The position numbers were made by a program, and so were the translations under genes. A stretch of 64,000 nucleotides of DNA from assembly GCA_965242965.1 (NCBI GenBank), contig OZ251518.1, positions 5,024,001 to 5,088,000 on the forward strand. The letters are read 5' to 3'. Positions 30,957 to 41,410 of the stretch are shown here, in pieces (positions within the stretch are counted from its first letter, which is position 1; each line of letters begins with the position of its first letter). The notes beneath the pieces are model-generated. The model was given only the letters and a program-made list of their open reading frames with translations, was not told the DNA's origin and made no database searches. The stretch comes from Candidatus Poribacteria bacterium (lineage in GTDB: Bacteria > Poribacteria > WGA-4E > WGA-3G).

Positions 30957-31640
30957 CATGGCGAGGGCCAGGCCCTCGCCCTACGGTAAAGGGAGACGGC
31001 CGTTTACCGTAGCGCGGGGGCCTGTCCCCCGCGATCGCCCGACCTGCGCGAAAAACGCACGCCAGCCAAGGCCGTTTCCTCGACCGAGGCCCGGCGAGGG
31101 ACAGGCCCTCGCCCTACGGTGAAGTACCGTTTTTTTCCCGTAGCGCGGGGGCCTGTCCCCCGCGATCGCTCACGTGAAAAAATCTCTTCAGGTCCTTTAG
31201 GTCCTGCATGTCTATAGTCACCCGACTAAAAAAACACTAAGGGCCTTTAGGTCCTTAATATGCAGCACACGCAACGCGGCGAAAAGCATTAAGTCCTAAA
31301 TGACCTTGAGGGATACTGCATCGGCGCGGGCTATAGACATTAAGGTCCTACGGACCTATAGGCAAACCCTTTCCTGGCCCGTAGCGCGGGGGCCTGTCCC
31401 CCGCGAGTGCTCGCGTGCCCCAGTGACTGTAGTTCGGGCTCGCCTGATCCCGAACGGGCGCATGGCGAGGCGAACCCCTTCCGGGCCCGTAGCGCGGGGG
31501 CCTGTCCCCCGCGAGCGTCCGACCTGCGCGAAAACCGCATGTCGGCCAGGGCCGTTTTCCCGACCGAGGCCCGGCGAGGGCCAGGCCATCGCCCTACGGT
31601 AAGCGGTCCGTTTTTTCCCCGTAGCACGGGGTCTGTCCCC
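30957..31640. repeat. REP-like (BIME-like) cluster without TIRs
   Basis: CGTAGCGCGGGGGCCTGTCCCCCGCGA modules, inverted GGCGAGGGACAGGCCCTCGCCCTACG modules and an AGGTCC-type module; ~150-bp direct repeat 31007-31165 vs 31487-31640. Confidence 0.85.
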
Positions 31641-32212
31641 TATTCAAAAAGCAGCGATACCTCATAAGAGAAGCCTCCGACGACATCTTCGCCGGTGAGC
31701 GTATCTACGTCCGTGAGAAGCGTAAAGTCCTTGCCCGGACGATATACCGCCACGGTTTGCAACACCGGATTAACTACCCAGACTAACCGGGTGCCCGCCT
31801 CAAGATAGGCGATGACTTTCTCCGAAACCCGCGACTGTTTATCTGAAGGTGAGACTACCTCCACCGCCAGATCTGGCGGCACAGGAAAACTCTTGCTCTT
31901 GTCCTCCGGCAAACGTTCAGTTGAGACAAAGGCGATGTCCGGGACCAGGACTTGTGTTCCCACCCGGAAGCCTGTATCCGAGGTGTAGACGCGTCCCAAT
32001 TGATTTTCACGAACGTGCATGCCTAACGGCACGACAAGGTTCGTGCTAATATCTCCGTGTTCCACTGAGGTTGGCGACATTTGTACGGCTTCTCCTTTTA
32101 CGTATTCATACCTCCCCAGGTCGCTTTCAAGAAACTCCTCCAGCGTCATCGTCGTGTGTTCGGGAGGCAGCAATTCTTGCGCGAAAGGGTGGAGGTTAGG
32201 TGAATTCATCAT
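31640..32212 (-). CDS. Uma2/DUF820 family endonuclease (copy 3, different subtype)
   Basis: YEYVKGE, H, VPDIAFVS, PDLAVEVVSPSD, YLEAGTRLVWVVNP. Confidence 0.92.
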   Translation of the reverse strand: MMNSPNLHPFAQELLPPEHTTMTLEEFLESDLGRYEYVKGEAVQMSPTSVEHGDISTNLVVPLGMHVRENQLGRVYTSDTGFRVGTQVLVPDIAFVSTERLPEDKSKSFPVPPDLAVEVVSPSDKQSRVSEKVIAYLEAGTRLVWVVNPVLQTVAVYRPGKDFTLLTDVDTLTGEDVVGGFSYEVSLLFE

Positions 32213-32317
32213 TTCGTTCCTCCTGACGGTAGCGATAGAGTTGCAGGGTTGTTTTATTGTATAAATAATTATACACGCAATGTCTAGGCGATGTCAACTC
32301 TTTTTTGACGTAATCCC

Positions 32318-32612
32318 CAGTAGGAGAGACCTCCTGGTCTCGATGCAATATGCCCGGGGCCGCGGCGGCAGAAAGCCTCCCCTGCATCGTAGCGCGAGGG
32401 CCCTCGCAGGTTTCCCTCGCCATGCGTTTTGCTGTCAAACCTCCTCACCCCTGTAGGTCAAGATCGCCTGATCTTGACCCGTTCGGGATCAGGCGATCCC
32501 GAACTACAGAGGTAGACCCGATGCCTTCCGGTAGGCGGGACATCCTTGTCCCGATATGCACCCCATCGAGAACGGGAGGTCTCTCCTATCGGGAGCTGTC
32601 CCTCGCCATCGC
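32318..32612. repeat. REP-like module cluster
   Basis: GTAGGAGAGACCTCCTGGTCTC, GTAGGTCAAGATCGCCTGATCTTGACC and GTAGGCGGGACATCCTTGTCCCG modules. Confidence 0.85.
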
Positions 32613-32614
32613 AC

Positions 32615-33127
32615 CTAAAAATAGGCATGTATCCCCGCGCCGACGTAAACGCCAGCCAGCGGATTTGATTCAGTTCTCGTGGTTTCCCTGCCGAACCCTT
32701 GGCCGATTCCTAGGTTCAAACCGAGTGGGATGCCACCAAGTGAAAACACCAATTCGCCGCCGAACGCCAATCCGGCACCGAGCGTCGTTGTCTGGAGGGT
32801 TTCCTCTGTATTATATCGCCAACCGCCTTCCAAGGCGAAGTAAAGTCTAGCGATGTTCAAGCGCGTTTGCTTCTCAAAGATGGCGTATGAGACACCCGCT
32901 CCCAACATGTGGTCGCGCTCCTGGTCGCGGAGGATAAACCGCCCGACAGTCTGTAGATAGACAGGCGCGAGCCCACAATAGCGAAAACTAATTCCGCCAA
33001 ACGCGGGCGTAGCACCATGAAAACCGATTGCGTAATCTTTGACAAGTTCTGCCTCTTTTGCCTCCACCGAGAAACTGAGGATTAACCCCAAAAAGATGCA
33101 TAAGAGGAAAGAAATTAAGCGTGTCAT
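32615..33127 (-). CDS. Hypothetical exported small beta-barrel protein
   Basis: AGGAG RBS, signal peptide, alternating beta strands, C-terminal HAYF. Confidence 0.65.
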   Translation of the reverse strand: MTRLISFLLCIFLGLILSFSVEAKEAELVKDYAIGFHGATPAFGGISFRYCGLAPVYLQTVGRFILRDQERDHMLGAGVSYAIFEKQTRLNIARLYFALEGGWRYNTEETLQTTTLGAGLAFGGELVFSLGGIPLGLNLGIGQGFGRETTRTESNPLAGVYVGAGIHAYF

Positions 33128-33149
33128 GTTTTTTCTCCTTTTGATTTGA

Positions 33150-34742
33150 TTATCGGGCAATCAGAGTTATCACCCGATGCGGCTCGGTAGACGAGGGATG
33201 ATGCATGAGGATATCCTGCTTGCCATCCTTGTTGAAATCTACCAGCCATGTGTATTCTTCATGCGGCATCTCAACCTTTACCTTCTGAGGCCGCTTTGCA
33301 AACAACGCCGGTCCCTGCACCCCTAGAAAGACGCGCAACTCCTTCTCGCCTTTCTGTATCAGCAGGTCCGCGCGTTCATCGCCGTTCACATCCCCGATAA
33401 GCACAGAGGGATAGAGCGATCTTTCGCCTGTCCTGCCAGTCGTTTCCACTCGGATGGAACGGGAGATGGTGGGTTTGTCGGGGTAACTGCCGTTTTCCAT
33501 GCGATAAAACGTGAGTTCCATTGATACCGACCCGGTTACCAGTGAGTCAATAATCATGCCGATTGCCTTGAAGACGCGCGGTTTGAGGATTGTGAACATC
33601 AAGTCGGTCTGGCCGTCAAAGTCAAAATCGTGCTGCTCCATGCCAAACTGAATGCCATCAGACAGGAGTTCAGTGCTGACTTCCGGCGAGAACACGGTGC
33701 CGCCTGCGGGTGTCAGGTAACCGAAATGCACCGCGTAGATGGCGTGCATATCCCATAAACCGCCGTGCAGTGAAAACACCCCGAGGTCGGCGATGTTATC
33801 ACCGTTCATATCGGTGAACGCGTGGAGCACGCTTCCTGTCATTTTTCCGGTCAGCCCGTGGTCCTTCCTTCGTTGGCGGGTCCTGTGCGGTGCTGCAAGC
33901 GACGCAAGCGCGTCGGAGTCAAACGCCACGTCGGTAGTGAACGTCTCGGCTACCGGATTAAACACTCCCTGCGCGTTTTGGAGATGCACCTCAAAATGGG
34001 TTCCGTTCCAGAATCCCAAGTCGCCGCGTCCATCTCGGTTGTAGTCCATCTCGTGGATGCGGCTCTGCGTCCACGGTTGATGTCGATAGCCATCAACTGC
34101 ATAGAGGCTATTCATCTCGGTGGAGGTGCCGAGTTTCATGGGTTCAGCGAACGCGCTGTCGTTCAGTTGAACGAACACCCAGAAACCATCGAGGACTGGC
34201 ACCACCAGGTCATCGAGGCCATCGCCGTTTACATCATGAGTGATGTCGACATGCGGGATTGCGCCTGCGGGAGGTGGGTTGATAAACGCGACTTCCACCA
34301 GCACGTGTTCCGTTGCCGATTCAGGTTCAAACCAATTGAGGCGACCAGGGGTATAGGTAATCAGTCGATCTCGGCCGCCGATGTTCGCTACATCGACGAA
34401 GGACACTTCGGGATGCAGCGTTGCGTTGAATTTCGGCACCCAGGTCCCTTCGTCAAATTCATAAATGCGCACGCCCCGGTCACCGTTTACTACGACAATT
34501 TCCGCGACGGGACCACGGAGCAGGAACCCGGTCAAAATAGTCTGCTGTTTGGCGGTGCCGGTGATAACCTCGCTCTGTTGAAAAGCGAATTCCGCGGTGA
34601 CTACGGATGGCTGGAATCTGTCTCCCGCTTGCCCCATGCATCCCGATAGAAAGATGCCAAGTGCCAGGATGGGGCACCAGATTCGAGCACAGTTGGTTTT
34701 TGCTGAACGTCTGCGTTTGTGCAATACGTTTTGTTTTTTCAT
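33150..34742 (-). CDS. VCBS/FG-GAP repeat lipoprotein
   Basis: Lipobox LSGC; repeats DVNGDGLDDL, DYNRDGRGDL, DMNGDNIADL, DVNGDERADL, DFNKDGKQDI. Confidence 0.85.
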   Translation of the reverse strand: MKKQNVLHKRRRSAKTNCARIWCPILALGIFLSGCMGQAGDRFQPSVVTAEFAFQQSEVITGTAKQQTILTGFLLRGPVAEIVVVNGDRGVRIYEFDEGTWVPKFNATLHPEVSFVDVANIGGRDRLITYTPGRLNWFEPESATEHVLVEVAFINPPPAGAIPHVDITHDVNGDGLDDLVVPVLDGFWVFVQLNDSAFAEPMKLGTSTEMNSLYAVDGYRHQPWTQSRIHEMDYNRDGRGDLGFWNGTHFEVHLQNAQGVFNPVAETFTTDVAFDSDALASLAAPHRTRQRRKDHGLTGKMTGSVLHAFTDMNGDNIADLGVFSLHGGLWDMHAIYAVHFGYLTPAGGTVFSPEVSTELLSDGIQFGMEQHDFDFDGQTDLMFTILKPRVFKAIGMIIDSLVTGSVSMELTFYRMENGSYPDKPTISRSIRVETTGRTGERSLYPSVLIGDVNGDERADLLIQKGEKELRVFLGVQGPALFAKRPQKVKVEMPHEEYTWLVDFNKDGKQDILMHHPSSTEPHRVITLIAR

Positions 34743-34780
34743 TTGCCTTCTCCTTAAATCGTTGATCCGTGGCATGTTAT

Positions 34781-35083
34781 TGAGGGTGTTTCATAAATCG
34801 CTCAACGTCGCGGGGACAGGCCCCGCGCTACGGTGAAAAAACGCCGCCCTTTCACGTAGGGCGAGGGCCTGTCCCTCGCCATGCCACACGCGCAGGCGAG
34901 AGGGTTTCCCTCGCCGGGCGTTTTGCTGTCAGACCGCATCACCCCTGTAGGTCAAGATCGCCTGATCTTGACCTGTTCGGGATCGGGCGATCCCGAACTA
35001 CAGAGGTGGGCCCGAGGGCTTCTGGTATTCGACAGCCTTCCAAGGCGGGATAAATACCGAAACGGAGTTATGAAACACCCTCA
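34781..35083. mobile_element. MITE-like TIR-bounded REP container with perfect target-site duplication
   Basis: TGTTAT|TGAGGGTGTTTCATAA...TTATGAAACACCCTCA|TGTTAT. Confidence 0.85.
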
Positions 35084-35299
35084 TGTTATTGTAGGCGGGA
35101 CATCCTTGTCACGATGTATACGCAATCGAGACCAGGAGGTCTCGCCTACTGGACGCGCCTAGCGGACCTGTTTTGTGTCTGTTTCACTCTATAGAGTCAT
35201 CTCAGGCGAAAAAGGATAGTAAAAAACAGCCTAAACAAAATTTGCATTTTAAATCGCGTTTAAGGTATCATAACAGAAAATTGCACGAAAGGAGCATTA

Positions 35300-35695
35300 A
35301 TGACGCAACACTCCAACTACGACAACTTACAAACAGATATCCGTCAACTGAAAACGCCTGCGATCGAGACGTGGGAGAACCAATATCCGCATCGCGATTA
35401 TACGATTGAGATAACGCACCTAGAGTTTACAGCTGTCTGTCCGAAAACAGGGTTGCCCGATTTCGCCACACTGCGCATTACCTACGTGCCAGATAATGCC
35501 TGCGTTGAGCTCAAATCCTTAAAGGAGTATCTGCTTTTCTATCGGGATGTCGGCATTTTTCATGAGCATGTCGTTAATAAGGTGCTTGAAGATGTCGTCG
35601 CGGCATGCCAACCGCGGAAGGTGGAAGTGGTTGGCGATTTTAATGTGCGGGGTGGGATTAAAACGGTTGTTCGCGCGAGTTATCAGAAAACGTAG
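35300..35695 (+). CDS. queF: NADPH-dependent 7-cyano-7-deazaguanine reductase QueF
   Basis: EFTAVCPKTGLPDFA, ELKSLKEY, FHE, FNVRGGI. Confidence 0.96.
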   Translation: MTQHSNYDNLQTDIRQLKTPAIETWENQYPHRDYTIEITHLEFTAVCPKTGLPDFATLRITYVPDNACVELKSLKEYLLFYRDVGIFHEHVVNKVLEDVVAACQPRKVEVVGDFNVRGGIKTVVRASYQKT

Positions 35696-35722
35696 GGCGA
35701 GGGAAACCTGTCCCTCGCCCTA
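35692..35722. terminator. REP-derived hairpin between convergent queF and oxidoreductase genes
   Basis: GTAGGGCGAGGGAAACCTGTCCCTCGCCCTA; its GTAG supplies the queF TAG stop. Confidence 0.55.
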
Positions 35723-35740
35723 AGCATCGGGAGGGTCGAT

Positions 35741-36769
35741 TCACGCAATCGGCACGGAGCGGCCGATTCTCGCCGATTCGTAGAGCGCGTCGAAGATTTT
35801 CGCGACGTTCAACACCTCTTCCGCTGGCACCGGTGACGATAACCCATCGCGAATTGCGGTGTGGAACGATTCAAATTCACCCGGCAATCCTTTGAGGAGT
35901 TCGGGTGTGTAGTTCACCATCTCGTCTTTCTTGTCGAGGTAGATTTGGAGGGGTTCATAAGTCGCGCCTGCCAGATCTCCCATGAAGAAGGTGCCGCCGA
36001 TATTCGCAATATGCGATGCCCACGCTGTCTCTAACGTCACCGTGAGCCCGCCTTCAAAGCGGATAGTTCCCATCGCGAAGTCTTCCACCTCAAATTGCTC
36101 GGGGTCCCATTTGCCCCAAGGGTTGATAACATCGGCGCGATGCCCGAATTTCTTCGCTGTCATCCCGAACGCCTCAACCGGTTTCGGGCAGCCTATCATC
36201 CATAGCAATACATCGAGGATATGCACGCCGATGTCAATAAGCGGCCCGCCGCCAGCAATAGCCTTGCTTAGGAACGATGGCGATGCTGGGACACCGCGTC
36301 GCCGCATCGACATGGCGCGGGCGTAGTAGATGTCGCCGAAGAAACCTTCATCATAGAGTTTCCTCAGCGTGCGGGATCCGGCGCGGAAGCGGGATTGCAA
36401 TCCGATTTGGAGCACTTTCCCGCTTGCTTTCTGCGCGTCTACCATCGCTTGTCCGTCAATAGCGTTCCCCGCAATCGGCTTTTCGCAAAGCACGTGTTTG
36501 CCAGCGTTGAGCGCGGCGATAGTCGGACCGGCGTGGAAATTGTTCGGCGTGCAGACGCTCACCGCATCAAGTTCGTCCATCTCAACCAGTTTCTCGTAAT
36601 TGGTGAAGACATGCGAGATCTCGTGTTTTTGGGCGAACGCCTTCGCGCGCGTCTCGTCAATGTCACACGCGGCGATAATCGAAACGCCTTTGACGTTTTG
36701 ATGGCCGGGGAGGTGTTTGCCGCCCGCGATGCCACCGCAACCAATAATACCGACTTTAATCTCTTTCAT
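35741..36769 (-). CDS. Gfo/Idh/MocA oxidoreductase
   Basis: VGIIGCGGIA, VCTPN..H, GKHVLCEKP, GGGPLIDIGVH. Confidence 0.93.
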   Translation of the reverse strand: MKEIKVGIIGCGGIAGGKHLPGHQNVKGVSIIAACDIDETRAKAFAQKHEISHVFTNYEKLVEMDELDAVSVCTPNNFHAGPTIAALNAGKHVLCEKPIAGNAIDGQAMVDAQKASGKVLQIGLQSRFRAGSRTLRKLYDEGFFGDIYYARAMSMRRRGVPASPSFLSKAIAGGGPLIDIGVHILDVLLWMIGCPKPVEAFGMTAKKFGHRADVINPWGKWDPEQFEVEDFAMGTIRFEGGLTVTLETAWASHIANIGGTFFMGDLAGATYEPLQIYLDKKDEMVNYTPELLKGLPGEFESFHTAIRDGLSSPVPAEEVLNVAKIFDALYESARIGRSVPIA

Positions 36770-36792
36770 TTTTTTTCTCCTCTGTTTTGCTC

Positions 36793-37641
36793 CTATTGGA
36801 AAACAACTTGCGGAGCCTGTTCTAACTTCACCTGATGCGCCGCCGCCCATTCCGTGCCAGCCCAATGGACACCGTTCATATCTCGGCGGCCCTGCGTATC
36901 TTCAGCCGCGCCGAGAAACTGCCTACCCAGGTCATCGAGATGAGCAACTACCGACGCGTCAGGTTGCAGCGTGTCGTTGTAATACCGCAGATAATAGTCG
37001 GGCTTTACCCAGCGATAGTGGTAACCGTAAATGGCAACTTTAGACACGTTCGCAGTGAAATTCAACCCGGCGGCGTGATAGATACGGCTCTCGAAGAGGA
37101 ACGCATCTCCTGCGCGGAGGAGCGGTTCGTCATATTTCGGCGGATCCACTTCACCCGCAGCGATGCGCAACGGTTCACGCAGGACATGGCTTTTCCGCAC
37201 AAACCACGTCGCGCCGGAATTCGGCACGCTAAAATCAGTAAGGCAATATCCCACCTTCAACCCGACGCGCGGACATCCTTCGTGCCCGACATCTAAATGC
37301 ACGCCGACATCCCGATGCCAGTTGCGGTTTTCGGGTTGCGCCGGCGGTTGCGGGTGTTTATAGATGAGCGCGGTGTTGGTGATATGGATATTTGTGCCGA
37401 GCAGTTGCAGAATGAGCGGCACCGCCTTTGATTGCGTAGCGAGTTCGGCGAAGGCAGGTTCTTGCACCAAGCCGTCCCGCCGATGCGCGTAATAGCCGTG
37501 GTATTCAAACGCCTCCATGAGCCGGTCACCGGTTTCGGTGAGTCTGCGAATCATATCGTCATCAATCGCCTCACGCACGATAAGGTAGCCGTTTTCGTCA
37601 AATTCTTGGCGTTGCGCGGCTGTCAACTGAACAAATTCCAT
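36793..37641 (-). CDS. Phytanoyl-CoA dioxygenase (PhyH) family protein
   Basis: FDENGYLIVR, WHRD, LTD...GAT..V..SH, AGDAFLF....H. Confidence 0.9.
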   Translation of the reverse strand: MEFVQLTAAQRQEFDENGYLIVREAIDDDMIRRLTETGDRLMEAFEYHGYYAHRRDGLVQEPAFAELATQSKAVPLILQLLGTNIHITNTALIYKHPQPPAQPENRNWHRDVGVHLDVGHEGCPRVGLKVGYCLTDFSVPNSGATWFVRKSHVLREPLRIAAGEVDPPKYDEPLLRAGDAFLFESRIYHAAGLNFTANVSKVAIYGYHYRWVKPDYYLRYYNDTLQPDASVVAHLDDLGRQFLGAAEDTQGRRDMNGVHWAGTEWAAAHQVKLEQAPQVVFQ

Positions 37642-37769
37642 AGGGATTCTCCTTCGTCTGTCTGCATCAGGATTTACAAGATTATAGGATTAGCAGGATT
37701 ATAGCATATTCGCGCGAACGGTAGACCGAGACATGGCGAGGGACGTTCTGTCAAGAAGATGTCCGGATA

Positions 37770-38125
37770 CCGTAGCGCGGGGGCCTGTCCCCCGCGAGCG
37801 TGAAGAAACCGTCCGGTTCCCGTAGCGCGGGGGCCTGTCCCCCGCGAACGTCCCGTAGGAGAGCCCTCCCGGTCTCGATTCCCGCGAACGTCCGATGGCG
37901 CGCGGTAGAAGAGTCAGACCTCCTCCCCCCCTGTAGGTCAGGATCGCCTGATCCTGACCCGTTCGGGAGCAGGCACTCCCGAACTACAGAGTTATGAAAC
38001 ACCGTCCGGTTACCGTAGCGCGGGGGCCTGTCCCCCGCGAGCGTCCCGTAGGAGAGACCTCCTGGTCTCGATGCAAGTGATGTCCCTGTAAGAAAGCCCT
38101 CCCGGTCTCTCCTACTGGGGAAACG
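37770..38125. repeat. REP-like module cluster
   Basis: Three CGTAGCGCGGGGGCCTGTCCCCCGCGA copies plus GAGACC and GATC-type hairpins; internal TTATGAAACACC TIR remnant near 37992. Confidence 0.85.
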
Positions 38126-38148
38126 GAATCGTTTCTGCAGAGGGCATC

Positions 38149-39621
38149 TCAGAGATATGTCTGCTCCCCGCCATAATGCCGCGCCGCCTTCGGACGCTCA
38201 TCTATCTGCCACGGCAACTTCACCGGCATAAGCCCATCCGTAAAATAGGCATCTGTTACCTGCCAGAATTGCAAACGCGGGTATCTTTTGCCGTTATGCT
38301 CAATTGTCCCTTCTGCTTCGGCGAGATTGCGCATCCCGCGCGTGACAGGGTGCAGCGTAATGAAAATACCCATGGCGGCGTTCGCGTCTTGCATCGCCGT
38401 GCGGAACGCGCGCACCTGATTCAGGTTCAAGCTCCTCCCCGATTTCACTTCGGCGATAACCGGCAGCTGCATCGCCGCGCGGCTGTTTTCCCAAAGCAGC
38501 ACCTTCCCCGTGCCATCAAACCCGCCATCGTTGCTGTTCGCCGTCGGAGAAAGTCCCAATCTCGTGACGGCCCAGTTTGCAAAATCGTGCGGATTCTGCT
38601 CGGCGAGGAGGATGGCATCCTGACATGTCGTCGGGTATCCCTCAATGTCATAATCCACTTTGGGGGTAAGTCCGTGACGTTCGCGCAGCCGCCGTTCCAT
38701 CGGTTCCAAAGCGAGCACCGTCAAATCGATGCCTATCCAGTGCCTGCCAAGTCCATGCGCGGCATCTAACGCCGTACCACAGCCACAAAACGGATCGAAG
38801 ATGATGTCGCCGGGGTTAGAGGAGGCTTTGATGATGCGTTCCAAGAGCGCGAGCGGCTTTTGTGTCGGATATCCAAGTCCTTCCTTTGAGACATTGCGAA
38901 TGGGAGGAATTTCCCAAACATCATCGCACAATCTCCCAAGTGGGTTCAACTTTGCCTCATACTTGCCAGCGAACACCACAGGTCTCTCATAACGCTTTAC
39001 CGTTTTCGCGTCATAAGGTTGACGAACAGCATCGGCGTTAAATGTCCAACTATCGGTTTTGACATACCGAAGGAGGACATCGTGCTTCCGTGCAAAGTCC
39101 CGCTTGGAATTACCGGTGTGTTTGTAGTGCCAGATAATCTCGTTGCGGAACCGCGGATGCCCGAAAATCGTATCCATTATCACCTTCAGATAATGACTCG
39201 CGTGCGGGTCGCAGTGCAGATACACACTCCCGTCCGGCGTTAGTAAACGCCAAATCTCCGCGAGGCGCGGTGCCATGAAGGCGAGATAGGCACGCATCGA
39301 ATCCGCATCATTTTTGCCCTTATACCCCCCCTTCAAAATATTGTCAAATCCTGTTAAACAATCCGACAAATTGCCCATGGTTTCAACCAGTTCAGGGTGC
39401 CGCCCATCGTAGTGAAGGACAGCGGCTTGGTTGTCGCGCGCGGTGTCGTCCCATCGCCAGATGTCGTCAAACGCTTTGCGTTGCGCTTTTGAGCCGGCGA
39501 GGAAGATGTTATAGTTGCGGCCGCTGTTAAACGGCGGATCGAGGTAACAGGTGTGGTAGCGCGCGGTTTGCATCTCGCGCATCACCTTGAGGTTATCGCC
39601 GAAGTAAAGTGTGTTTCTCAT
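38149..39621 (-). CDS. N6/N4 DNA methyltransferase fused to C-terminal restriction-endonuclease-like (Mrr-type) domain
   Basis: YLDPPFNS (motif IV), GYPTQKP..LL.RII, FDPFCGCGT (motif I); C-terminal DGGFDG...AEVKSG. Confidence 0.88.
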   Translation of the reverse strand: MRNTLYFGDNLKVMREMQTARYHTCYLDPPFNSGRNYNIFLAGSKAQRKAFDDIWRWDDTARDNQAAVLHYDGRHPELVETMGNLSDCLTGFDNILKGGYKGKNDADSMRAYLAFMAPRLAEIWRLLTPDGSVYLHCDPHASHYLKVIMDTIFGHPRFRNEIIWHYKHTGNSKRDFARKHDVLLRYVKTDSWTFNADAVRQPYDAKTVKRYERPVVFAGKYEAKLNPLGRLCDDVWEIPPIRNVSKEGLGYPTQKPLALLERIIKASSNPGDIIFDPFCGCGTALDAAHGLGRHWIGIDLTVLALEPMERRLRERHGLTPKVDYDIEGYPTTCQDAILLAEQNPHDFANWAVTRLGLSPTANSNDGGFDGTGKVLLWENSRAAMQLPVIAEVKSGRSLNLNQVRAFRTAMQDANAAMGIFITLHPVTRGMRNLAEAEGTIEHNGKRYPRLQFWQVTDAYFTDGLMPVKLPWQIDERPKAARHYGGEQTYL

Positions 39622-39633
39622 GTTTAAGTGACC

Positions 39634-40181
39634 TGTGGGTGTTTCATAACTCGTTGTTATCAAAATGGTTTCGTGAGACTTCCGAACAATTTTGTTTCCG
39701 CGGTAGGCGAGACCTCCTGGTCTCGATGCCACGGGGGACAGGCCCCCGCGCTACGGTAGCCAGAACGGCTTCTTTTCCCGTAGGGCGAGGGCCTGTCCCT
39801 CGCCATGCTGCGGTCTATCAAACGCTCGCGGGAGACAGGCCCCCGCACTACGGTAGAGGAGGCGGCAGCGCGCTTGATCCGTTCGGGATTAGGCGAGCCC
39901 GAACTACAGTCTCTGGGGCACGCGAACGATCGCGGGGGACAGGCCCCCGCGCTACGGTAGCCAGAACGGCCTCGCTTACCGTAGGGCGAGGGCCTGTCCC
40001 TCGCCATGCTGCGGTCTATCAAACGATCGCGGGGGACAGGCCCCCGCGCTACGGTAGCCAGAACGGTTTCGCTTACCGTGCGGGAGCAATCGAGGCCGGG
40101 AGGTCTCTCCTACCGGGAAAACAGAATCGTTCGGGGTGTCACGAGACTAGTTTTACAACAACGACTTATGAAACACCCTTA
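39634..40181. mobile_element. MITE-like TIR-bounded REP container with long (~90 bp) imperfect inverted ends
   Basis: TGTGGGTGTTTCATAACTCGTTGTT... / ...AACAACGACTTATGAAACACCCTTA; flanks AGTGACC/AGTAACC. Confidence 0.8.
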
Positions 40182-40194
40182 AGTAACCCAAGTA

Positions 40195-40223
40195 TTGACA
40201 CGCGCGCAGAAATATGTTATCAT
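40195..40223 (+). promoter_or_regulatory. sigma70-like promoter
   Basis: TTGACA-17bp-TATCAT. Confidence 0.65.
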
Positions 40224-40261
40224 AAATGCAGAATAATGTCTAATGCAAATTGCACATCACA

Positions 40262-41410
40262 ATGAAAATCGCTTTTATCTGTTTTATCTTCATAGTTTTC
40301 TTATCCGAAGTTCCCTCTTATCGCGCCGATGTGAGCGAGGCGCAGCACGCCTATCAGGCTGGGATGCAAGCACTTTCCAAGCAAGAGACTCGCGAGGCTT
40401 TTGCCGAATTTCAGCGCGCGATAACACTTGAGCCATCGTTCGCGGCGGCACACTACCAACTCGGGCTGCTCTACGGACAGCAATCGCAGTGGAAACCAGC
40501 TGTGCAAGCGTTCCAAACGGCAATTCGCATTGATGCGGATTTCGCCGATGCACACTGCCGCCTGGGTGAAGCATACCTGGTCGGATTAGCACAGGCGAAA
40601 GCGGCAATACCACCGCTGAAACGCGCCTTGCAAGCGCAGCCAGACATGGAACGGGCGCGAAGACTGCTCGGCACCGCCTACCTCCGTCAAAACCGAATTG
40701 ATGATGCTATCCAGCATCTGAAGCAGGCATCGGATACAAAAGCGCGGTATCTCCTCGGGCTCGCCTATTTCCAAAAGAGTGATTTTGCGAAAGCCATTTC
40801 GCACTTTGAAGCAGTGATTCAACGCGACAAACGGCACGCGAAAGCACACTTTAACCTCGGAAACTGTTATCTGCGCACCGGCAAAGTTGCAAAAGGGCGG
40901 CATGCCTTGCACACTTTTGAGAAACTAACGCAAGAAGAGGAGCAACTCGCCAGACTTCGGCGGGCAATTCGGGATATGCCCGAGCGGTGGGAAAACCGCT
41001 ATCAACTCGCCGAGCTCCTCATCAAAAGAGAGGAATGGGATGCCGCTGTTGTGGAACTCAAGGCGTGCATCGCTATCGCACCGCGCGATGAAAACGGATA
41101 TGAACTGCTCGGTTATATCTATCTGCAAACGGAAACTTACACCGCTGCGCGTGAAATCTACGGGCATCTCGTTGAATCGCGTCCCGAAAGCGCGGTGTAT
41201 CGGAATAGCCTCGGCGTTGTCTATATGATGCTAGAGAAACCGCGGCAGGCAGTTGTGCAGTTTGAGACAGCTGCGCGCCTGGCTCCGAATAATCCACAAG
41301 TTTATAGGAATCTGGCGAACGCTTACCGCCAAATCGGCGAGCAGACAAAGGCGAAACAAGCTTATCAACGCTATCGCTCGCGAAACGAGAAACATCGTGA
41401 ACAAAAATAG
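40262..41410 (+). CDS. Tetratricopeptide repeat protein (exported)
   Basis: Signal-like N-terminus; many A..NLG..Y...G...A TPR units. Confidence 0.9.
   Translation: MKIAFICFIFIVFLSEVPSYRADVSEAQHAYQAGMQALSKQETREAFAEFQRAITLEPSFAAAHYQLGLLYGQQSQWKPAVQAFQTAIRIDADFADAHCRLGEAYLVGLAQAKAAIPPLKRALQAQPDMERARRLLGTAYLRQNRIDDAIQHLKQASDTKARYLLGLAYFQKSDFAKAISHFEAVIQRDKRHAKAHFNLGNCYLRTGKVAKGRHALHTFEKLTQEEEQLARLRRAIRDMPERWENRYQLAELLIKREEWDAAVVELKACIAIAPRDENGYELLGYIYLQTETYTAAREIYGHLVESRPESAVYRNSLGVVYMMLEKPRQAVVQFETAARLAPNNPQVYRNLANAYRQIGEQTKAKQAYQRYRSRNEKHREQK

Noticed and set aside
33822-34649. 275-aa plus-strand ORF and other long antisense ORFs (e.g. 58147-59094)
   Set aside because: Shadow frames of well-supported genes on the opposite strand.
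35240-35300. preQ1 riboswitch before queF
   Set aside because: The putative promoter leaves only a ~25-nt leader and no aptamer motif is recognisable.
39609-40265. ORF-track proteins in repeat clusters (also 27568-28062, 32350-32850, 50849-51556, 31300-31667)
   Set aside because: They are translations of REP modules (ARGPVPR, RDQEVSPT, GRRDILVP) open on both strands, with no domain signal.
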